Assembly (NCBI GenBank): GCA_964619725.1
Contig: CAZUFC010000034.1
Span: forward strand, 1-64,000
DNA from: an uncultured bacterium
GTDB taxonomy: Bacteria > CSSED10-310 > CAZUFC01
Direction of reading: 5' to 3'
Length of the DNA: 64,000 nt
Shown piece by piece: positions 28,701 to 38,953 of the stretch (the stretch's first letter is position 1; every line of letters starts with the position of its first letter). The translations under genes and the position numbers were made by a program. Under the pieces are notes generated by a model, which did no database searches, was not told the origin of the DNA, and saw only the letters and a list, made by a program, of their open reading frames with translations.

Positions 28701-31700
28701 TGACGGTTACTGCGCACGGCGGTCTGCTGGGCAAGGTTCTCTTTGTCCCGGTCATAGACCATTACTTGCTGAACGGCTGTTCACATCTCGATTTCGAGCT
28801 GGCGCCGCTGTTCCAGCCCGGTGTTGATTATCTGTCCGGTCAGTTGAAAGCAGCGGCTGCAGGCGAAGAATACGTCATGCCGTTGACTTTCGCATGCGAA
28901 GCGCCCAAATCAATCTACGAGGTCGTCATACCGGGTTCCGAATACTGCTATCATATGGCATCCTGGTTCTGCACGAACAGACCGAACATTGCCATGAGGT
29001 TCCACACCGCAGCGCCGCTCGAGGATATCGATACTGCCGTGATTTATACGACGTTCCAGCCCGGCTGGGGAGGCGTAAAACCGCACAATATCGACCTGTA
29101 CGTCAACGGTAATTTGATCGGAGAACTAAACGACCTCATTCCCGACGGCACGTACGGTTTCGCTTTCGATCCGGCTTACCTGCACTTCAACCCCTACGGT
29201 TCCGCTACCAACACATTCTCCATCCTGACGCAGCATATGAACGGCGGCCACTACGTCGTATCGACCAACTCGTTGGCTATGCTTAGCCTGAATTCCACCA
29301 TCGGATACGTCTGCGCGGAAAACCAGGCGCAGGCCGATTCCCTGGCGCTGACCTTCCCGCATTTCTGCGATGAAATAACGTTCGATCTCGATCCCAGGGT
29401 GCAATCCACACGCATTCTGGATACGGCCGGCAATCCTGCAGGAACTTTCTATCCGGGAGAAACCGTCCAGGTGAGAGTCCGCGCTGAGAACCCTCATCCG
29501 CTTGATACCTACAATGTAACGTATACATTGAAGATAGATACGGACGGCGATACCGGAACAGTGGAATGGAACAGCCACGACGAAGGCGATGATTGGGTTA
29601 CGGTCATGGACCACAATGAAGAAGCCTACCATTCCTGGTACTGGACTATACCTCAAGGGTCTCCGATGATACAGCTTGCGATTGAAGTGCATGATACCAA
29701 TGATTATGAAGGCACGATATACGATGAGACCGGCTGGACCATGAGTTTCCACGTGGGCGGAGGAATAACCGGTTATGTGGTCGATGCGGTCACCGAACAG
29801 CCTATTGAAGGCGCAACAGTAACGGCAAGCGGCGGATACAACGATCCTGACGGCACGGATGAATACGGTTATTACGAGATACAGCGCATACCCAACGGAA
29901 CCTACAATGTTACGGCCGGCGCTGCAGGATATGCTCCGCAGACTCTGACCGGCCTGGAGGTCGAAGCGCAGATTCTGGTGAACCAGAACTTTGAATTGCT
30001 GATACCCACGGCCACAATGACCCCAACGATCACGCCGACACCGACGGTAACGCTCACCCCGACAAGCAGCGCCACGCCTACCGTGACCAGCAGCCCCACC
30101 GTTACAAACACTCCGACAATCAGTCCTACAAGAACGCCGAGTCCGTTGCCGACCTCAACCCATACGCCGACTCGTACTCCGACTCGAACGCCTTCACCCA
30201 CGCCGACTTTCACTCCTACGCCTGCTCCGGACCTGGTTCTGAGAACTCAGGACATCACTTTCGATCCGGCATACCCGGAAGAGGAGGAAGCAGCGATCAT
30301 ATCGGCTACTGTCCACAATTGGGGCAATCTCTCTTCAGGGACGTTCCATGTAAGGTTCTTTGCTGATTACGGCGCCGGGCCGCTTCAGGTCGGAAGCGAT
30401 CAGATTGCCGGACCGCTGGCGCCGGATGAATCCGTTACGGTATCCGAGTCCTGGACAGCCGTTTGCGGAGCGTCAGTCATCGCTACCGCAGACATACTGG
30501 ATGAAGTGGCTGAATCCGCTGAATCGAACAACACCGGCAGCAGAACAGCGCCTATACTCTATTGTCCGCTGGCCGTCACTCTTTCCATGACTCCTGAGTT
30601 GATCACTGCTCCTGTAGGAACAGAAACTGAATTCGACATCAGCGTCTCCAACGAAAACCTGGGACCTGATATCTTCGACTTGGATATCATAGGAACTCTG
30701 CCCTCAGCCTGGTACAATCTGAATCCCGATCAACTTATTCTCAACGCAGGCGAAACAGGCGAAGCGACGCTTCATATCGAAATACCTGATAATTGCGCTT
30801 ACATAGGAGACTATGCTTTCCAGGCTGTGGGGACGTCAGACATGATGGGTGAAATTTACACTGATGCAGGCGAGCTAGATGTCGTCAGCGAAGTTAACGT
30901 TTCAATGCGTCATCCTGTCAGCGGCACGACCAGCGGTTCAAGAGACGTTATGTTCAGTTGGCAGACTTCTGCAGCCGCCGATTCCACTCTGTATTACAGA
31001 GAACAGGGAGCCGGAAACTGGAACGAGGTCGCTGTAGCCCAAAACGCAACCAATCATCAGATAGAAATCGAAAGTCTCGAACGTAACGCGAGTTACGAAT
31101 GGTATATCTACGCTGTATCGCTCTGCGGAACAGTCACTACGCCGACCTGGGGCTTCTCCGTCAGCAACGGCGTCGTCTTCACTCAGGATACGTATCAGTT
31201 CACGGTGGAACGAGACTACGATCAGCATGTATGGGTCGCCGTTTACAACGAAGATGTCACGGCCCACGAAATCGAATTGCATATAACCAATCCCAACGAT
31301 GACTTGATAGTCAATTTCGTAGGACCGGGAAGCGAAGACGAGACAGTATTCCTGGCGCCGGGCGAAAACAGGGATATCGAGCTGGTCATTCATGCTCAGG
31401 ATGTGGAAGCGGATGAGCTGCTCGGTCAGGTATGCTTCGACAACACCATCCTGACGCTTACTGCGGATGAAGCTGGAGACCCTATAACCGACACGGCTCC
31501 TTCCACCATTTGCGTCACCTGGCCTGTCATCGACTTCACCATGACCGAAATAGCGGAAGCGCCCTACACGCTGATTAAAACTTTACGGGTAATGAACAAT
31601 GGCGATCCGTTGACCGACGTTACGGTGACTCCGCACGGCGGTCTGCTGGGACGCGTACTCTTCGTACCGGTAATCGATCATTACCTCCTGAACAGCGGAC

Positions 31701-34700
31701 AACATATCGATTTTGAGCTGGAACCGCTCTTCCAACCGGGAGACAATCTCCTTTCCGGACAATTGAAAGCGACGGCTGCGGGCGATGAGTACACGCTTCC
31801 TGTCAGCTTCAATTGCGAGGCGCCGAGTTCGATTTACGATGTGACGGTATTGGGCAGCGAATTCTGTTATGGGATGGCTGCATGGTTCTGCACGAACCGG
31901 CCCAATATATCCATGAGATTCCACGTATCTCTGGCCACCAGCGATGTTGACACCGCCGTAATTTACACCACATTCCAACCCAGATCGGGCGTGAGGCCTC
32001 ACTTTATCGACCTGTTCGTCAACAACCATCTGATTGGAGAATTGAACGACATTATACCTGACGGAACTTATGGATTCGCTTTCGATCCGGGATACCTCAA
32101 CATCAGTCCCGGCGGTTCGGCGACTAATACGTTCTCGATAAGAACGCAACATTTCAACGGCGGCCATTACGTGGTATCGACCAATTCCATGGCTATGCTG
32201 ACGATGGAATCGACAACGGCTCATGTATGCGCCGAGAGTCAGGCACAGGCCGATTCGCTGGCTTTGACCTTCCCGCATTTCTGCGATGACGTCACTTTTG
32301 ATCTCGATCCCAGGATTATGACCGTCAACGTGATGGACATGAGCGGCAACAACAGGAACTACTTCTACCCCGGCGATACTGTCAGAATAAGAGTCCGGGG
32401 GGAGAATCCTCACCCGCTGAATACTTACCATCTATCCTACACATTGAAGATGGATACCGACGGCGATACCGGCACCGTCGAGTGGGACAGCCATGAAGAG
32501 TTGGAGGATTGGGTAGTCGTATTCCCGCACAATGCTGACGAGTATCACTCGTGGTACTGGACGATTCCTTCCGGTTCGCCTAATGTGCAATTCAAGATCG
32601 AAGTGCATGACACGAACGACTATGGGAACACGATATATGACCAGACAGGTTGGGATTACAGCTTCCATGTGGGAGGCGGCATAACGGGTTACGTGAGAGA
32701 CGGAGTAACCATGGCGCCGATCGAGGGAGCTTCAGTAACGGCGAGCGGCGGACGTGCCGATCCCGATGGAACGGATGAAAACGGTTATTACGATATATCC
32801 AGAGTGCCGAACGGAACGTATAACGTCACAGCCGGCGCTCAGGGTTATGCCCCGCAGACTCTCCACAACGTGGTAGTTCAGGGAGGCATATTGGTCAATC
32901 AGGACTTCGAGCTTCTTATTCCCACTGCAACAATGACTCCCACCATAACGAACACGCCGACGGTAACGTTGACGCCTACGGTTAGTCCGACTCCGACAAT
33001 CACCAATACGCCTACGCTTTCGCCTACAGTGACTTTAAGCCCGACGAAAACCCCCAGTCCGCTTCCGACTTCCACGCCGACCAGGACGGCTACGGGCACG
33101 TGGACCCCGACGGCTACGCCGACCGACACGCCTCTGCCGGCGCCCGATCTTGTTATACGCAACCAGGATATCGGATTCGATCCGGATTACCCCGAAGACG
33201 GCGAAACCACGACCGTATCAGCAGCGGTTAACAACTTCGGAAATGATGCTTCAACATCCTGTTCAGTAAGGTTCTTCGCGGATACGGGCAGCGGACCGGT
33301 TCAAATCGGGTCGGATCAAAGCGTCGGAGCCCTGCTGCCGGATGAATCGCAGACCGTCTCGGTAACCTGGACGGCAGAATGCGATGCCGTAATATCGGCT
33401 GCAGCGGACATACTGAATGAGGTTTCGGAATCAAACGAAATGAACAATTCGGGACAACGCACCGCGCCTATCACTTATTGTCCGGACCAGATAACAGTCA
33501 GCATCGAACCCGGCAGCACGACAGCTACGGTGGATACGCAAACCGTTTTCACCGTCAATGTGACTAACCTGAACCTCGGCATTGACGCTTTCGATCTCTC
33601 GCTGCAGGGACTGCTGCCTGTCGGATGGACGGATATCGATCCCGCTCAGTTGATTCTTAATGCCGGCGAAACCGGTCAATCAACGCTGACGGTCGATATA
33701 CCCGACAATTGCGGTTCCGTCGGTTCCTACCCGTTCCAGATACTGGCGCATTCCACGGAATTAAACGGCGACTATACGGATGATGCGACGCTGGAAGTCG
33801 TTGCTCCCATCTCCATTACGGAACGTTACCCGGTATCGGGAACCACCGTCGGAGGCCGCGATGTAGTATTCAGTTGGAACACTTCCGCTGAAGCTGACTG
33901 CACCTTGTATTACAGGGATTCAACCTCTGGTTTCTGGAACTCGGTCACTGTCCTGGGAAGCGTTTTGAATCATTCCATTGAATTGGAAGACCTGATGCGC
34001 AACGAAACATACGAATGGTACGTGCATGCGGAATCTTTGTGCGACAGCGCTGATTCTCCCACCTGGACATTCACGGTCGGCAACGGCGTCATCTTCTCAC
34101 AATCCTCTTATCAGTTCACCGTTCAACGGGATTACGATCAGCATGTGCAGGTTGAAGTTTACAACCAGGATGTCATCGCTCATGACGTAGCTCTGCACAT
34201 CGATAATCCCAACGATATTCTGATCGTCAATTTCGTCGGACCGGGAAGTGAAGATGAAACTGTTACGCTGGCTCCGGGCGAATACAGAGATATCGAACTG
34301 GTCATACATGCACAGGATGTCGGTCCTGAACTGGCCGGGCAGGTCTGTTATCCCAATATAGCAGTCACTCTGACCGCTGACGAGGATACCGATCCCATCA
34401 CTGATTCCGCTCCCACGGAAATTTGCGTGCAATGGCCGGTGATCGACTTTGCGCTTACCGAACAGAGCGAAGACCCGTTCACCCTGGTCAAGACGATAAG
34501 AGCGGCCAATAACGGCGATCCGCTGACCGATCTGGACGTTATCGCCCAGGGAGGTCTGCTGGGGCGCGTCATCTTCGTGCCTGTCGTCGAACATTACCGG
34601 TTGACTTCCGGTTCCCATATCGATTTTGAAGTGGAACCCCTCTTCCAACCGGGAGATACCTCCCTGTCAGGTTCATTGCTGGCGAGTGCAGCGGATGATG

Positions 34701-37700
34701 ATGTCGTTCTGCCGTTGACGTTTGCCTGCGAAGCGCCCAGGAGCATCTTCCAGGCGACTGTACCGGGTTCGGAATACTGCTACAGCATGGCCAACTGGTT
34801 CTGTACGAACAGACCGAACATAAGCATGAGGTTCCATACCTCTGCAGCGCTTGAAGATATAGAAAGCGCCGTGATCTACACCACATTCGATCCCAGACCG
34901 AACGTGCGGCCGCACTTCATAGACCTGTTCATCAACGGACATTTGATCGGCGAATTGAACGATCTGATACCCGACGGCACATACGGCTTCGCATTCGATC
35001 CAGCCTTACTGCACTTCAATCCGAACGGCTCTGCCTCCAATAGCTTCGCTATAAGAACGCAACACTTCAACGGAGGGCATTACGCCATTACCTCTAATTC
35101 CCTGGTATTCCTGACGCTGAAACCAACGACGGCTTACGTCTGCGCCGAAGATCAGGCCCAGGCCGATGCCATTGCCCAGACATTCCCCCATTACTGCGAT
35201 GAAATTACCTTCGATCTTGATCCGAGAGTCCTGACGGTCCAGACCAGGAACGAAATGGGACAGGTCGCTCATACTTTCTATCCGGGCGATACGGTTGAAA
35301 TCAGTTTAAGAGCGCAGAATCCGCATCCCATGTACAACTACGATACGACCTTCACCCTGAAGATCGATACCGACGGAGACACGGGAACCGTTGAATGGAA
35401 CAGCCATGACGAAGGCGAAGATTGGGTCGTGTTGCTTGATCATAATGCTGATGAGCTGCATTCCTGGTTCTGGACGGTACCGTCAGGTTCGCCCAATATT
35501 CAGTTTACCATTGAAGCGCATGACACCAACGATTATGAAGGGACCCTCTACGACGAACCGGGTTGGAACTGGAATTTCCATGTCGGCGGCGGCATTACGG
35601 GATTCGTGAGAGACGATGATACCATGCAGCCTGTTGAAGGCGCATCCGTCACAGCGAGCGGCGGCTACAACGATGCGGATGGAACGGATGAAAACGGTTT
35701 CTACGAAATCCAGCGCATACCGAACGGAACTTACAATGTGACGGCAGGAGCTGTCGGTTATGTGCCGGGAACCCTGACTGACGTTGAAGTATCAAGCGAC
35801 GTGCTGGTGAACCAGGATATCTACCTGTTGATACCTACAGCCACCATGACGCCGACCGTAAGTCCCACGCCGACGGTTACGCTGACGCCTACGACGAGTC
35901 CCACCCCGACGGTCACAGCTTCGCCTTCGCCTACCTTCACCAATACGCCGATAGGAACGTTAACGCCGACGGAAACCCCGACATTGACGCCCACGCCGGA
36001 ACCGACAGGCACGCCTACTGTACCGCCCATGGTCGTATGGGTGGACGACGACTGGACCGGCAGCAAACCCGGAGATATCGTCGACGGACACGTCTTCGGA
36101 TACGATGCTTTCGCGACAGTCAACGACGCGCTCGCCGCCATCGATGCCGGCGGCGTCATTAACGTGCATTCCGGTTCCTACAATGAAACCGTCCTCTTCG
36201 GCCCTGCATTCCAGAAAAACGGCATTCAGCTCACAGGCGAAACCGGAAATCTACCCGTCATTGACGGCGGCGTTAAATTCCAGAATTACAGCGACCTGGA
36301 CGGCATTACCATTGAAAACCTCTACCTGCAGGGATACGCCGGATACCAGAGAATCGTGCAGATGACCAATTCCGGCGCCATCGAAAACTTCACCATGAAC
36401 AATTGCGTGCTTGACGGACAAAATGTTTCCAACCGTGACGGATTCTACGGCAATAAACTCACAGGAACATTGACGATAACCGATTGCGAATTCAAGAACA
36501 TTCTGGGAAGCTACGTCATGGATACCGATCCTGCGGCCCCAGGTCCCGAAGGAAACAACGAATACGCGTTCACGACTGTTGACTTCACAGGAAACAACAT
36601 CCACGACTGCAACGGCGGTACGGCGCTCAGAGGCAACAACGGCGATCCGACGGATGAGGTTAACGTCTACAATAACCTGTGGTCCAACATCGGCGGCGTT
36701 CAGGGAGAAACAGGCAAGTTCCATTCCGCCCTGGAAATAAACCATGCTTCTGAGGCAAACATCTACGACAATACCCTTTCCGACGTTTCCCTGGGACAGG
36801 GCGGCGAAGGACAGGCCGTCAGACTCTGGGATATTGAAGGACTGGGCATGTATTGCAACGATATACTCAGTAATGCCCAGGGCATATTCATCTTCGGAGG
36901 CGGAGGCATTTACGGAGGACCCTTCAATGTGCCCGGCGGATTCATCCAGTACAACAACATCGCCGGTAATTCAGACTACGGCCTTACGGTCGACGGCGAT
37001 GCCCTCGGCGGTCCCGTTAAAGCCGATTACAACTACTGGGGAGCCCCCGACGGTCCTTCCGGATGGGGCACAGGCGCCGGCGACGAAGTCTGGGGAGCCG
37101 TCACTTACGATCCGTGGCTCAGCTACGAACAGGGCGATCCCTGTCCTCCCGATTGCAGAAACGACGGCGACGTCGACAACAACGGAAGACTCTCACCCGG
37201 CGACGGACTGCTCTCCTTCCAGATTTACATGGAAACCATCCCCTATCCCACACTCGAAGAACAATGCTCCGCAGACTGCAACGGCAACTTCATGGTCACC
37301 CCGGAAGACGCTCAGTGCATTTTCTGGTCATACCTGGGTCTGGGCTGCGATTGCGTCGATCCCATTGCTAAATCAGGACCCGCTGCAGGCAAAAAACTCA
37401 AACCCATAACCGATCCCAGAACCGGAACCATCTCCATAGGACCCAAAAACATCTACGGATGCAACAGCGAAACCATCAAAATACCCATAGCAGTCAGCGG
37501 AATGTCATCCGCCGTCAACGCATTCGCCCTCGAATTCGAATTCGATCCCGATATGCTCAGATTCGTCTCCGCAGACAAAGGCGATACGATCAGCGACTTC
37601 GATTACTTCGGAGCCAATGAATTACAATCAGGAACGCTGAGAATCGGCGGATTCGATCCCGACACTAGCTCAGTCTCCAGCAGCAACGGCATACTCACCG

Positions 37701-37969
37701 TCCTCACATTCAAAGTCGAATGCGAATCATGTATAAACGGCGACAGCTCCATACTGAAACTGGAAAACCTCGATGACGACATCGCCGGCATCAACATTCA
37801 GAACGGTAACTTCATCTACGACTGCGAAGGCTTCTTCCCCACTCCCATTCCCACTCCCATGTTCAATCGCATTCCTGTCCTCGGCGGAACTGGCATCATG
37901 CTTCTGATTCTCCTCTTCGGCGCCTTCTTCATTACATCGAACGCCGTCATGAAAAAGAAAATTAAATAA
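1745..37969 (+). CDS. Giant (~12,070 aa) modular secreted surface protein, putative adhesin or scaffold, with C-terminal IP-anchor
   Basis: Single open frame in the ORF track (GTG 1739; ATG 1745 is better spaced from the RBS). Signal peptide; DUF2341+LamG; DNCP/DxDxDG TSP3-type repeats; second LamG; 7 propeller-like modules; 2 FG-GAP+Fn3 blocks; 6 CARDB/Ig/CarboxypepD_reg-like supermodules; beta-helix; dockerin-like and cohesin-like domains; tail [32 protein letters not shown]. Confidence 0.95.
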   Translation: MRSIFSSFRVFFLFSVIVAMIFAEVIAGAAWYGGGWTKRQSITIDHTKVDSDLNDFPVLLTGANVDSTLFAGAKSDGSDIVLTADDEVTRLKRELVSYDGTAESMELYVRVPLLSSSVDTVIYIYYRNYSANEANDPDTWDGNYVSVYHMYDGPSNTITDSTVNGFDGTKGATLSVEIDGKIGEAQDFDHSWIDCGVHSEFNLRQYFTVECWGYPDANQYNGALVAHDMNSTGRQWDLIQMGGSGTCYTTLQVRKNNSDQRIHGGYPTMNAWNHIVAVYNYTTEKAIYLNGVKSSNAGNGDLDDAPNTTLLIGTHYEYTWGHHPGFLGGIDELRISNVSRSDAWVLASYRNQDDPAAFSYAGSEESGCDGDQDGYRNPDTDPLDCPGFPTELDCDDSDPNTYPGAPEICDYKDNQCEGDAGYGQVDEGADPLDNDGICPDGDLSGTAGDAPCTGGATTDCDDNCPDDANADQADEDSDGVGTVCDNCPGDYNPDQADSDGDGIGDSCDSDIDDDGILNDDDNCPEVYNPDQADSEEGTPSGMVGYWTFDDGAGSEASDYMNQHPGLIHGATWTTGKLDGALSFDGIDDYIDVGDLGIEGNDARSIECWFYPYVDETQMSYWEGLATIGTDDGPQLHSYVLLVNNVDSPCGSPYVHTIGGHYYLSNTCGNTKVSELGINQWHHAVLTHNGSHQELYINGQLDDSSDLTLETDAGITVIGKRAIGNGAFFEGKIDEVAVYNRALSASEIADHYNNGSGKKYVIEEGDGVGDVCDNCPDDFNPDQSDVDGDGIGDMCDADYHTPTPVPTPLPPTPTMLPTVMSEWSEDTTVNLSVADVSDYKSGHRIINDGTDGYIVVWTSDLVYAQRFSDTGVKMWGLDGALVSTNASSNGSARICTDGSGGALVFWKDSRNGNEIWGQRISGSGQRLWDDEGLQISPSGIDAGCVFVVSDDQGGAFIAWYYNGAYCQRVDSSGTVLWTTQLDRESNSPWGVKLEKDGQGGIILTWCAQVYDDDDIYVQRVNSDGERLWGLYGTCICSANDTQYCPRILADGSGGGLFLWIDARGGIDRLYMQKVTSGGVADWNEDGICVFYGDSDSYGHAFVSDGAGGAIVTWLCNNDSNMYASRIDASGNSVWGGYTALTDHGQVNDVSDSPYQTVSDGSDGAIAFFSIYNQTDSRYEIHAQRIKRNGVLPWGINGVVLCDNDTGNRSCARAAPCEGNEGGGLSCWRDYRNGTGDLFVMGIDINGIAGNPCTAIGTPTPAYSATPEAPTPTVAPTSTTSWSLMATEGLRVSESQTNQDSHRIIADGYGGYIVVWSHDEGQGKLADVWAQKFDENGARLWGAEGVKICARNGAQEYPRLCSDGAGGAFVFWKDAWNSNTIYGQRIGADGITLWQENGIQYAATAAGASCPFAASDDQGGAYVIWDSNTGIHCQRVDANGVPYWAEPLLLAANGMGPKIAGDGQGGALAVWNEARGTTGEDVYVQRLAPDGTKLWGENDLCICQKANNQNCGRVIGGSDGSGLFLWVDQTNSEVYMQKVSAAGAAEWTADGIEVSAGQCNQGHAFVSDDNGGAIITYIKSQENNLYAKRIDSTGTEVWASETQLTDHGGVYFISYSPHQTVQDGLGGAITFFTYDNSGESRYEVVAQRVSGDGSLPWGINGAVLNYAATGTRECVRGVSCSAGGGGALACWPDTRNGTKDLYVMGIDVDGLLGYPCAPLGTPTPATPSPTPTPTIPSTWSDDPSVNLRVSKNQIRQDSSLRIISDDQGGYVVSWLYAGDVYPQGLYAQRFNSAGNRMWGPDGTAICTDTVKTWGSRMCSDGTGSIFFFWTDERNPNAEVWGQKVDSDGNLLWPAGGKRISPAWLDANCPFAVPDGEGGAFIVWQGDGDFCTRINANGESMWNAPVQLGSANWGSPKIALDGTGGVIVAWYQYDSSTSNDIYAQRLTSGGAELWGAGGICICNGSNNQGCPRLTSDGAGGGFFIWRDQRYGSYYAVFMQRVLSDGTVALRGDGIRVSPDYVQNSGHSVTTDGAGGAVILYCGNDSNFYARRFDHDCTDIWGGPVTLTDHGNIQEVAYSPYQAVSDNNGGVITVFTALNSVESRSEVTAQRITLNGNLPWGMNGLTLSHYYGGCPRVAGCLEDTGGALACWSDQRDGSASLYVMGVNINGELGAPCCLLPTPGPSTPTPMPTVTATPEATAAWSDDPAVNLRVSETQTAQDSHRIIVDGYGGYFVVWENSQNIYIQHFDQDGNRLWGPEGLLICCDSNSQENPRICSDGAGGVFCYWTDSRTVGTSSYAVWGQHIGCDGNLLWRENGIRISQDDVNAGCSFCVPDDQGGSYVIWQYGGEGSYCQRIDREGEWMWAQPVSLALAGWGNKIEQDGQGGVLLCWCDNRGETGDDIYVQRLDASGSKLWGTQDLCVCQATDSQECPRILADGSGGAFILWSDYRDGMNKQLYMQKVNSAGLTEWTEDGICLYSGSTDGRCHSIVPDGSGGFLAAWKDLTDYNNMYALRIDATGNDVWGAPLQLTDHGEAFHLASSPYQMVLDNAGGAVLFFTRNNATEGYEEIDAQRIMPDGSLPWGVNGLTLAYNAAGNRRCARGVSCSTGGGGAVACWSDTREGQKVLYLMGVDSNGDIGDPCYAEGTPTPVAPSPTPTPVPPSEWSSDPTENLRVSKVQINQPNSFKIFSDDGGYFILWAHRDCSNEYSVHIQKFNASGARMWGNDGICLDQGDVEDWGMRMCTDASGGAVAFWTDSSGSQYAIKAQRISSDGNMLWNEEGVSVSPFWLSARCPWAASDGQGGAYICWQGDGVYCQRVDSNGNIAWNYPKQLSTDAYGGIKPAPDGQGNVLLAWYFNDDTTGYDIYVQKLDQNGTELWGSGGICIAQASNAQQCPRLAADGSGGGFFIWEDQRSGSASLYIQHVQSDGTVSGLQNGINLSSGTAIQQGYSVVSDGTGGAVACWWANDGNIYARRVDSYLSDVWGTSIQLTNHGNVTEMAYSPHQGVSDNAGGAIVFFSVYNSTEGRNEVTAQRVTSLGTLPWGDDGVTLSIYDPQWNHCPRGAACSSPGSGGALACWRDNREGVPALYVMGINLDGELGDPCSVVTTPVPPTVTPTVVPTGETSWSDDPETGLKVTDMQANQQSHRVISDGLGGYFVLWHQSGYSQNDIYIQRFNEFGARMWGPDGIAVTGADNGQDYPKVSADGAGGAYIFWQDNRDGTTPQQIWGQHLNSDGQNLWMENGIQISQDDVQASCPYTVSDDQGGAYVVWQNYSNGSYCQRIGWDGSPLWATPVPLAEGGWGNKIARDGLGGVILVWYETRGAADDDIYVQRLASDGTKLWGEDDLCICQSAGYQSCPRLISDGAGGGIFCWQDNRNGYYMVYAQKVTADGSVAWTADGVCIGCAGFTPTPVPTGTQGPSQTATPTATGTSIPGPSYPAPPYEYPALVSDGAGGAILTWLCSNDADMYAVRLDASGSEAWFEPKKLTDHGSVDSVAYSPHQTVSDGLDGAIAFFTVYNGLESRQEITAQRVTADGDLPWGINGVAAGYHSAGSRECARGVSCSLGGGGALVCWPDGRNGYYDLYLMGINLDGQLGDPCTLMGTPTPVSPTPTPLPTSPSEWSLDPSENLSVSVNQVNQGTHRIASDELGNYFVAWVYEGGTGPTGVWVQKFNDLGNRMWGPDGVSLCSETNENWGMRVCPDENGGAFCFWTETKTGGYQIWGQHIDDDGSLLWDAGGKRMSPFWISESGCPWSIPDGSGGAYLMWQGSDGGYCDRIDSAGESVWTSSVMITGDNWPGMKIIRDGNQGIIASWYANDPTTNDDIFAQKIAADGSILWGQDGVTVCGADNYQQCPRLISDGAGGAYIVWKDNRDGVNRQLYMQKVDSDGNIKWLFDGINVSNGYIQHRGYSVVSDGAGGAIASWPSNDDGNMYAARINASGTNVWGQPVALTNHGSLSNLTYSPDHAVSDNTGGSIVLFVTDDPVDLRYEATAVRIASDGSLPWGINGLALGIYESNWGYCIRGTECAEGSSGVLALWVDSRTGSNKLYVMGIDYNGMYGNPCSSLATSTPIPASPSPEPPTITPVNPTQTPVPPSPTEVPPTATEAPPTPDPGAGGPPEFGEKAEILRDAQCVHDGETRHHLSVTDWDADGKLDLLTGLGDGRVSLCLNDGTVNAPHLQASAFVTRGQYGGVEIDVGEDAAPIYYDWNADGKRDLLVGKYMGRVAYYENLGMDDSPLFDLAEDMTAGYGLLDVGNNSTPFAVDWNNDGKDDLLVGSADGYVTLFTNTGTNGAPELDAGVNLQAGYGVLDAGSLAAPYVVDWNVDGKKDLVVTTSEAPYRMVLYQNEGTDAAPQLGDGVVLYDIDSPVVLSSGTGWDFADLNGDALDDLAIVANDGAAMYYPNYGTNNSRSYTESLFIPGANMSHIFKKPKAPRAIDWDEDGLKDLLISAGNQGRHYVIFNSGTPGSPVFSKQKLLTTISGDHIGLDVYYKSPEVIDWDNDGKKDLLVTKMPSGWVQGYTYLYLNQGENYEPEFGDPQLLTMMGYAPLGYSAMGVETADWNEDGKKDVLMGRHMNWGCGYFQSAFLNEGTDASPYLGYFSILKVQTRPMYGNLFASPHVWDYEEDGDPDIIINDPDDGKYLNKYTNQGYGSVMPTLEDSGRLEASYGYVQGGYLTFPDVTDWNEDGRKDLILGQNGGIYHYLNTQTTRTSPAELHDFEVTAVETDSITLGWTDPSESDIKGVMIVRSGVPIDWRPSDRQHYHVTPGVEVSPGVEVVYHAEAEKNGKGWFEDTGLQLGKTYYYRIFAYDRVLPAYSRQGVQAYAVTGEPTATPVPPTETAVPPSPSPVEPTVSPVPATPTITIPTPVPGAAGPPEFSAPYAIVKKAQPVSPGNQGFNLCVTDWNDDGKLDLLAGMGTGNLRLCLNDGTETEPHLAGCSMVSTNYGYLSVGGNAAPVHHDWNDDGVRDLLIGNSSGMVTYYVNLGTEAAPEFGYGVSLEAGYDWLDVGQDAKPFVEDWDNDGNDDLLVGSFAGYVYLFMNVGTAGSPQLDAGTPLQAGYNTIDAGAEANPWVTDWNGDGKKDLIVSTRSKPYRMFLYENNGTDAAPSFDSETALYDEGDKVVLSKLMGWSFADMNGDENEDLAVLSNIGSAMYYPNHGTDASRIYEDALYIEGDQDASMFGILGIPRVVDWDEDGLKDLFMAIRGNGRHYVIFNSGTNGSPEFRSQEHITTTTGRKIGFGWYQSPEIVDWNDDGKKDLLITKLPDGYVGMGFTYLYMNTGENYDPQFGDPQIIYSDGYTPLGRFPVAVETADWDSDGKKDVLETLMGNNASYPVAFINNGTDESPQFDVFSFDMLIPDQSGPILGSIFSNPRVWDYEEDGDPDLAFSTWVDDTFVKLSNFVNLGPGYMNLPTLLDCGALESVLGPIEAPMVIIPEITDWNEDGKKDLLMGNFNAMYAMMNVQAEQTSPAEVTDFSVVGTDTDEISLTWTEPDDIDYAGAIIVRSESPIVWRPSDRQHYHMYGGAEVSPGVEVIYSSNTAKGDKGSWTDTGLDPGTTYYYRAFTFDLVLPSYSVNGVEISAATLAYTPTSIPPSPTPVPTASPAPLANLLIGSQDIRFVPVFPDQGEEVTIEATVHNYGDSASGECLVRFFADYGAGPLQIGTDQVLPALAPDESGSVTMNWTAVCDTFITVTADILDEVAESNETDNSGSRNVPIVYCPGAVTVTLAPEMLTGAVGTEAEFDITVVNGNLGPDTFDLVVTGSLPQNWYELDTDQLVLNAGATGEAELTVSIPDDCGAIGAYNFEIVAISSALGMNFTDDAVLEATSDVAVTERHPVDGTISGSRDVSFIWHTSGMSDCTLYYREQGAGTWSEIELLTLAMNHHAEVENLERNTVYEWYVQADSTCGTVDSAVWTFTVGNGVVFDTDVYQFTVERDYDQHASVTVYNEDDVEHEIELHITNPNDELIVNFVGPGSEDETIFLAPGETEEVELVVHAQDVERANQTKDNQVVFENLVITLTADEGTQPITDASPAEVSVNWPLVDFSMTEESEDPVTLVKTTLLSNAGDPLTDVRVQPEGELLDKVIFLPHMDHGKLNTGESLEVKVEPVFQPGVNSITGNLKATAADETVSLPVTFQCDPPKSLYEVVVEGSEYCYSMADWFCTNRPTIRMSFNVSSVLIENVETAVIYTSFDPRSDVRPHDVDLYINNHLIGELNDIVPSGTYGFAFDPGILNTNPTGTASNSFTIITHHFNGGHYVVSTNSLVYLQLESSTHHFCAEDQTQADAIGALMPHVCDEFTFDLDPRVQSVSILDDGDSPTGVFFPGETVQVKVRAENPHPVYGFDVVYTLKIDTDGDTGTVEWNSHDEGEDWNVEIPHNNEAFHSWYWTVPSGSPTIQLTVEAHDANDYEGTIYDEPGWLWNFDVGGGITGYVHDAVSGDPIVGASVTASGGYHDVDGTDGTGYYEIERLPNGTYDVTAGSPGYTAQTIQDVSISGAVITGQNFDLYIPTPTMTPTVTMTPTITMTPTITMTPTVTLTPTVTETPTLSPTWTPTPLSSATPTPTASSTPTATGTPTDTPLPAPDLSILNQDISFDPNYPEDGEEATVSVEVFNTGNLASSECAVRFFADYGSGPLQIGADQTIGALDPDESTSVDLTWTAVCDAVISVTADALDEVAESNESNNTGERHAPIKYCPQSVALDMTPETDTATVGTTREFIISIYNENRGPDTFSLLVTGALPGTWQQLDKVELALNAGETGTAVLTVTIPDDCGAIGSYAFQIVAHSQQLGVNFTDESTLDVVGDVTITQRHPENGVTVGGRDVTFSCLTSAESDTTLYYREQGAGEWIEAAVDEDADVHQKEIENLVRNSTYEWYIHAESLCGTVDSSVWTFTVGNGVLFSQDSYAFTVDRDYDQHVQVGVYNQDVTAHQVELHITNPNDDLIVNFIGPGSEDETVILEPGETRDIELVIHAQDVQADEQAGEVCFNNTVFTLTADEDGDPITDSAPSSICVTWPVVDFLMTVEDEDPVTLVKTLRVANNGDPLTDLSVTAHSGLLGRVLFIPVIDHYLLSASSHVDFELEPLFQPGDTSLSGELKATAAGEEYELPVSFACDAPKSIYQVTIPGSEYCYPLAAWFCTNRPNISMGFHTSVNLEDIDTAVVYTTFQPRSGVRPHFIDLYINGHLIGELNDIIPDGTYGFAFDAGHLHFNPNGSAHNTFSIRTQHFNGGHYVVSTSSLAVLILDSTTGYVCAESQAQADSLALTFPHFCDDITFDLDPRVHTVRILDVNGQPTGTFYPGETVQIKVRAENPHPIDTYDTTYTLKADTDGDTGTVEWNSHDEGEDWVVSLDHNADMVYSFYWTVPSGSPTVQFKIEAHDTNDYEGTIYDETGWDYLIHVGGGITGYVRDGASFDPIEGATVTASGGYHDPDGTDTSGYYNVERLPNGTYNVTAGAAGYAPQTQTGLEVSGDILVNQDFFLLTPTATLTPTLSPTPTVTLTPTVSPTPTITQTPTISPTPTLSPTRTPTVQSTSTPSPTASFTPSPSATPTDSPTPAPDLVITSQDIGFDPSYPEEMESTTLSATVHNYGDAVSGEFSVRFYVDYGGGLRHVGSDQPVGPLAPDESATVTESWIAACDSIVYAVADIDEEVPETNESNNTGQIEAPLLYCPQAVAIDLSPELRTKNVGTVTEYTITIENGNLGQDTFDLVVTGALPQAWYQFDVDQLILTAGDTGTAELTVEIPDDCAHLGTYVFQVVASSRELANNYVDESTLEVVSDISITQRHPADGTTTGSRDVMFSWQTSAAADCTLYYRVQGAGTWNEIAVSESETNHQYEAIGLDRNESYEWYIHAASLCGDTDSSVRSFSVGNGIVFTQNTYQFTVERDYDQPVWIGVYNQDVVAHTVVLNIDNPNDDLIVNFVGPGSEDETITLLPGENRDIELVIHAQDIEANELLGEVCFDDLVITLTADEAGEPITDSAPTTICVEWPVIDFLLTEESEEPYTLVKTMQVTNNGDLLTDMTVTAEDDLLGRVLFVPVIEHTRLESGEHHDFLLEPLFEIGENTLSGTLRAASAGQDETLAVSFNCEAPNSTYEALAPGAETCYSMAGWFCTNRPNISMRFHVTLGNEPVEQAAVYLNITPRRHPPRPHNVRAYINNHLVGELLNMIPNGVYAFGFDPGILNISPGGTATNKLSIITQHYNGGHYSVTTNNLVVLRLGPSLVRLCAESQEQADALAATLPHFCDPPNFDLDPRVQSVQIRTSDGQSVNTFYPGEDVKITVRAENPHPLDTYHVAYTLKIDTDGDTGTVEWNSHDAGEDREIVLEHNDHGFVTWYWPVPGGTSQVTLTVEAHDADDYEGTIYDGPGWNWGFAVGGGITGYVRDGGDYDPIEDASVTASGGYGDPDGTDSSGYYELMRVPNGMYNVTAGAAGYAPSTLAGLEIQSEVLVNQDFYLLTPTATLTPTITPTPTVTLTPTSSPSPTITMTPTLSPTPTLSPTPTLSPTRTPTVPWTPSPTPTASSTPTASPLPTDTPTPAPDLAVRDQDIGFDPAQPEEGAEVTLSATVWNFGNLTSDACTIRFYADYGSGPLQIGDDQTITPLTPDTSDTVTVEWIAVCDAVISATVDVLDEVAESNESNNTGERVAPIPYCPQAVTLSVTPETLTRPVGTQANFNISLFNGNLAPDTFDLVLTGSLPGGWYEFDPEALELNAGETGYATLEVVIPDDCGVIGDYPFQIVGMSQQMGQNYTDDAQLDVVSEVTVSLRHPANGTTVGGRDVMFSWQTSADSDTTLYYREQGTGGWTSVSAGDDATIHQVEITDLDRNKTYEWYIDVDSLCGSLTSNTWTFAVGNGVLFSQSTYNFTVDRDYDQHVMVNVYNEDVVAHEVELHIENPNDDLIVNFVGPGSEDETVVMAPGENRDIELVIHAQDVQADELAGEICFDNTVLTLTADEEGDPITDSAPSTICVTWPVIDFALTQESEDPVTLVKSMRVTNNGDPLTDMTVTAHGGLLGKVLFVPVIDHYLLNGCSHLDFELAPLFQPGVDYLSGQLKAAAAGEEYVMPLTFACEAPKSIYEVVIPGSEYCYHMASWFCTNRPNIAMRFHTAAPLEDIDTAVIYTTFQPGWGGVKPHNIDLYVNGNLIGELNDLIPDGTYGFAFDPAYLHFNPYGSATNTFSILTQHMNGGHYVVSTNSLAMLSLNSTIGYVCAENQAQADSLALTFPHFCDEITFDLDPRVQSTRILDTAGNPAGTFYPGETVQVRVRAENPHPLDTYNVTYTLKIDTDGDTGTVEWNSHDEGDDWVTVMDHNEEAYHSWYWTIPQGSPMIQLAIEVHDTNDYEGTIYDETGWTMSFHVGGGITGYVVDAVTEQPIEGATVTASGGYNDPDGTDEYGYYEIQRIPNGTYNVTAGAAGYAPQTLTGLEVEAQILVNQNFELLIPTATMTPTITPTPTVTLTPTSSATPTVTSSPTVTNTPTISPTRTPSPLPTSTHTPTRTPTRTPSPTPTFTPTPAPDLVLRTQDITFDPAYPEEEEAAIISATVHNWGNLSSGTFHVRFFADYGAGPLQVGSDQIAGPLAPDESVTVSESWTAVCGASVIATADILDEVAESAESNNTGSRTAPILYCPLAVTLSMTPELITAPVGTETEFDISVSNENLGPDIFDLDIIGTLPSAWYNLNPDQLILNAGETGEATLHIEIPDNCAYIGDYAFQAVGTSDMMGEIYTDAGELDVVSEVNVSMRHPVSGTTSGSRDVMFSWQTSAAADSTLYYREQGAGNWNEVAVAQNATNHQIEIESLERNASYEWYIYAVSLCGTVTTPTWGFSVSNGVVFTQDTYQFTVERDYDQHVWVAVYNEDVTAHEIELHITNPNDDLIVNFVGPGSEDETVFLAPGENRDIELVIHAQDVEADELLGQVCFDNTILTLTADEAGDPITDTAPSTICVTWPVIDFTMTEIAEAPYTLIKTLRVMNNGDPLTDVTVTPHGGLLGRVLFVPVIDHYLLNSGQHIDFELEPLFQPGDNLLSGQLKATAAGDEYTLPVSFNCEAPSSIYDVTVLGSEFCYGMAAWFCTNRPNISMRFHVSLATSDVDTAVIYTTFQPRSGVRPHFIDLFVNNHLIGELNDIIPDGTYGFAFDPGYLNISPGGSATNTFSIRTQHFNGGHYVVSTNSMAMLTMESTTAHVCAESQAQADSLALTFPHFCDDVTFDLDPRIMTVNVMDMSGNNRNYFYPGDTVRIRVRGENPHPLNTYHLSYTLKMDTDGDTGTVEWDSHEELEDWVVVFPHNADEYHSWYWTIPSGSPNVQFKIEVHDTNDYGNTIYDQTGWDYSFHVGGGITGYVRDGVTMAPIEGASVTASGGRADPDGTDENGYYDISRVPNGTYNVTAGAQGYAPQTLHNVVVQGGILVNQDFELLIPTATMTPTITNTPTVTLTPTVSPTPTITNTPTLSPTVTLSPTKTPSPLPTSTPTRTATGTWTPTATPTDTPLPAPDLVIRNQDIGFDPDYPEDGETTTVSAAVNNFGNDASTSCSVRFFADTGSGPVQIGSDQSVGALLPDESQTVSVTWTAECDAVISAAADILNEVSESNEMNNSGQRTAPITYCPDQITVSIEPGSTTATVDTQTVFTVNVTNLNLGIDAFDLSLQGLLPVGWTDIDPAQLILNAGETGQSTLTVDIPDNCGSVGSYPFQILAHSTELNGDYTDDATLEVVAPISITERYPVSGTTVGGRDVVFSWNTSAEADCTLYYRDSTSGFWNSVTVLGSVLNHSIELEDLMRNETYEWYVHAESLCDSADSPTWTFTVGNGVIFSQSSYQFTVQRDYDQHVQVEVYNQDVIAHDVALHIDNPNDILIVNFVGPGSEDETVTLAPGEYRDIELVIHAQDVGPELAGQVCYPNIAVTLTADEDTDPITDSAPTEICVQWPVIDFALTEQSEDPFTLVKTIRAANNGDPLTDLDVIAQGGLLGRVIFVPVVEHYRLTSGSHIDFEVEPLFQPGDTSLSGSLLASAADDDVVLPLTFACEAPRSIFQATVPGSEYCYSMANWFCTNRPNISMRFHTSAALEDIESAVIYTTFDPRPNVRPHFIDLFINGHLIGELNDLIPDGTYGFAFDPALLHFNPNGSASNSFAIRTQHFNGGHYAITSNSLVFLTLKPTTAYVCAEDQAQADAIAQTFPHYCDEITFDLDPRVLTVQTRNEMGQVAHTFYPGDTVEISLRAQNPHPMYNYDTTFTLKIDTDGDTGTVEWNSHDEGEDWVVLLDHNADELHSWFWTVPSGSPNIQFTIEAHDTNDYEGTLYDEPGWNWNFHVGGGITGFVRDDDTMQPVEGASVTASGGYNDADGTDENGFYEIQRIPNGTYNVTAGAVGYVPGTLTDVEVSSDVLVNQDIYLLIPTATMTPTVSPTPTVTLTPTTSPTPTVTASPSPTFTNTPIGTLTPTETPTLTPTPEPTGTPTVPPMVVWVDDDWTGSKPGDIVDGHVFGYDAFATVNDALAAIDAGGVINVHSGSYNETVLFGPAFQKNGIQLTGETGNLPVIDGGVKFQNYSDLDGITIENLYLQGYAGYQRIVQMTNSGAIENFTMNNCVLDGQNVSNRDGFYGNKLTGTLTITDCEFKNILGSYVMDTDPAAPGPEGNNEYAFTTVDFTGNNIHDCNGGTALRGNNGDPTDEVNVYNNLWSNIGGVQGETGKFHSALEINHASEANIYDNTLSDVSLGQGGEGQAVRLWDIEGLGMYCNDILSNAQGIFIFGGGGIYGGPFNVPGGFIQYNNIAGNSDYGLTVDGDALGGPVKADYNYWGAPDGPSGWGTGAGDEVWGAVTYDPWLSYEQGDPCPPDCRNDGDVDNNGRLSPGDGLLSFQIYMETIPYPTLEEQCSADCNGNFMVTPEDAQCIFWSYLGLGCDCVDPIAKSGPAAGKKLKPITDPRTGTISIGPKNIYGCNSETIKIPIAVSGMSSAVNAFALEFEFDPDMLRFVSADKGDTISDFDYFGANELQSGTLRIGGFDPDTSSVSSSNGILTVLTFKVECESCINGDSSILKLENLDDDIAGINIQNGNFIYDCEGFFPTPIPTPMFNRIPVLGGTGIMLLILLFGAFFITSNAVMKKKIK
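4208..13920 (+). repeat. Seven tandem ~460-aa modules (probable beta-propellers) in the giant protein, separated by P/T linkers
   Basis: Module starts (Trp of WSxxxxxxLxV) at 4208, 5582, 6953, 8339, 9722, 11102, 12587. Internal ~60-aa repeats of type DGxGG...W.D.R....Y.QR...G..W...G. Confidence 0.9.
14070..18470 (+). repeat. Two tandem FG-GAP/VCBS propeller + Fn3-like blocks in the giant protein
   Basis: Repeated DW(N/D)xDGKxDLL Ca-binding loops. Both blocks start AGGPPEF/AAGPPEF and end with TSPAE...[10 protein letters not shown]...TYYYR.F..D.VLP.YS. Confidence 0.88.
18521..36025 (+). repeat. Six tandem ~975-aa supermodules (CARDB + Ig/Fn3-like + WFCTNRP domain + CarboxypepD_reg-like + P/T stalk)
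   Basis: Starts at 18521, 21452, 24368, 27305, 30224, 33140 (period ~2.92 kb). Each has (A)PDL...QDI.F, E.NE.NN-type CARDB end, [12 protein letters not shown], WFCTNRP, HxNGGHY, [14 protein letters not shown], GGGITG.V.D and PNGxY.VTAG. Confidence 0.92.
37154..37828 (+). other. Dockerin-like duplicated Ca-binding segment followed by a cohesin-like domain
   Basis: [19 protein letters not shown]...[18 protein letters not shown] gives two F-hand-like loop-helix units. It is followed by TIKIPIAV...[18 protein letters not shown]...[10 protein letters not shown], a cohesin-like strand pattern. Confidence 0.72.
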
Positions 37970-37989
37970 ACCTTAAGCGTAAAACGAAA

Positions 37990-38032
37990 AAAGCGCCTGC
38001 TCATCTCCATTGATGATCAGGCGCTTTGGTTT
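37990..38032 (+). terminator. Probable intrinsic terminator of the giant gene
   Basis: AAAGCGCCTG-c-TCATC ... GATGA-t-CAGGCGCTTT hairpin ~20 nt after the stop, followed by T-rich ggtttctt. Confidence 0.65.
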
Positions 38033-38109
38033 CTTGCCGGATAGAGACTAAATAAAACGAAAACACATTAAAAATGTATCCGATGTCGTGATCATTGTCG
38101 TTGTAGAAC

Positions 38110-38144
38110 TTCACATCTCCTGACATTGACTGATATGAAATTGT
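38110..38144 (+). repeat. 35-bp direct repeat, copy 1
   Basis: TTCACATCTCCTGACATTGACTGATATGAAATTGT; 32/35 identical to 41593-41627. Confidence 0.75.
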
Positions 38145-38184
38145 TAGATGTTTAACCAAAACTCAAAATTATAACAAAAAATAC

Positions 38185-38252
38185 AGGGACAAAGGGACCT
38201 AAGGGACCTAAGGGACCTAAGGGACAGAAGGGACCTAAGGGACAGAAGGGAC
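38185..38252 (+). repeat. 9-bp tandem repeat AGGGAC(CTA/AGA), 8 cores
   Basis: AGGGACAA, AGGGACCTA x3, AGGGACAGA, AGGGACCTA, AGGGACAGA, AGGGAC, read directly. Confidence 0.9.
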
Positions 38253-38313
38253 GCCTTGAACATAAAATCATTTGTATAAGCAAAAACAGTCATTGGAAAA
38301 TTAAACCTCTCTA

Positions 38314-38456
38314 GTTTTTGTCCATAAACGGCGAATTTTTCCCAATACTGCGTCAGTCTTCGGATTTGCTCAGTCAAAGTATAAGGGCCGCCCCTGCCTC
38401 GCAAATCAGTACCATCCTTGTCTTAAGAAAAATTCGCCCGTTTATGGATCAAAAAC
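38314..38456. mobile_element. Non-autonomous element with ~27-bp terminal inverted repeats (MITE-like)
   Basis: GTTTTTGTCCATAAACGGCGAATTTTT ... AAAAATTCGCCCGTTTATGGATCAAAAAC, an IR with two 1-nt insertions. It shares GTTTATGGA(C) with the 57-bp element. Confidence 0.55.
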
Positions 38457-38458
38457 CG

Positions 38459-38515
38459 GAGTGGCTGTCCAGCATTAAATTTTGAATCGACAATCTAGTT
38501 TATGGACAGGCACTC
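38459..38515. repeat. 57-bp inverted-repeat element, copy 1
   Basis: GAGTGGCTGTCC ... GGACAGGCACTC; 51/57 identical to 50760-50816. Confidence 0.8.
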
Positions 38516-38537
38516 TCTAGAAAGAAACAGAATTTTT

Positions 38538-38605
38538 GGGCTGATCGTAATGGGGCTGCACTTTTTTATAAAACCTTTGACGAGACTGATCTAACAGGGG
38601 TGACA
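38538..38605 (+). repeat. Two degenerate left-end fragments of the hexamer-core element
   Basis: GGGCTGATCGTAATGGGGCTGCACTTTTTTATAAAACCTTTGACG and GAGACTGATCTAACAGGGGTGACA align by eye with the element start GAACTGATCAAACCGGGTTACACTTCTTTCAAAACTTTTGACGG. Confidence 0.5.
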
Positions 38606-38680
38606 AATTGTGATCTAGATACTAAAAAAGAACTTTCGTGCTCAGCGGAGCGGCTCTCATGCCCGTAATCGTAATATCGA

Positions 38681-38828
38681 ACATTGAACAAAAATGCGGA
38701 TTTTGCAGTTACATTTCTGCAGAATATCCCGTCATTTTGTTTCGACTGCGACTGCGATCCCGATCCCAATTACTGAAACAAACTGTCAAAAGTCTTGAAA
38801 AAAATGTAACCCTGGTTTGATCAGTCCC
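38681..38828 (-). mobile_element. Hexamer-core dispersed element, copy with 5 hexamers
   Basis: Reverse complement reads GGGACTGATCAAACCAGGGTTACA...TGTTTCAGTA-[ATTGGG ATCGGG ATCGCA GTCGCA GTCGAA]-ACAAAATGAC...GCATTTTTGTTCAATG. Confidence 0.8.
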
Positions 38829-38953
38829 GAAAGTTTGAATGAATTATGTTGCAATTCCAAGCCTTCCTGTTTGTCATTTATTTATTTGAATCAATAAGTC
38901 AGTATTTTTATCCTGACTCCAAACCCTCTAAGTTCAATCCCGGAATTCCGGTA

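Noticed and set aside
1667-37797. Over a hundred short alternative-frame and antisense ORFs inside the giant gene
   Set aside because: They are shadows of a long coding frame. The V/G-rich ones are simply the reverse complement of P/T linkers, and none has recognisable motifs.
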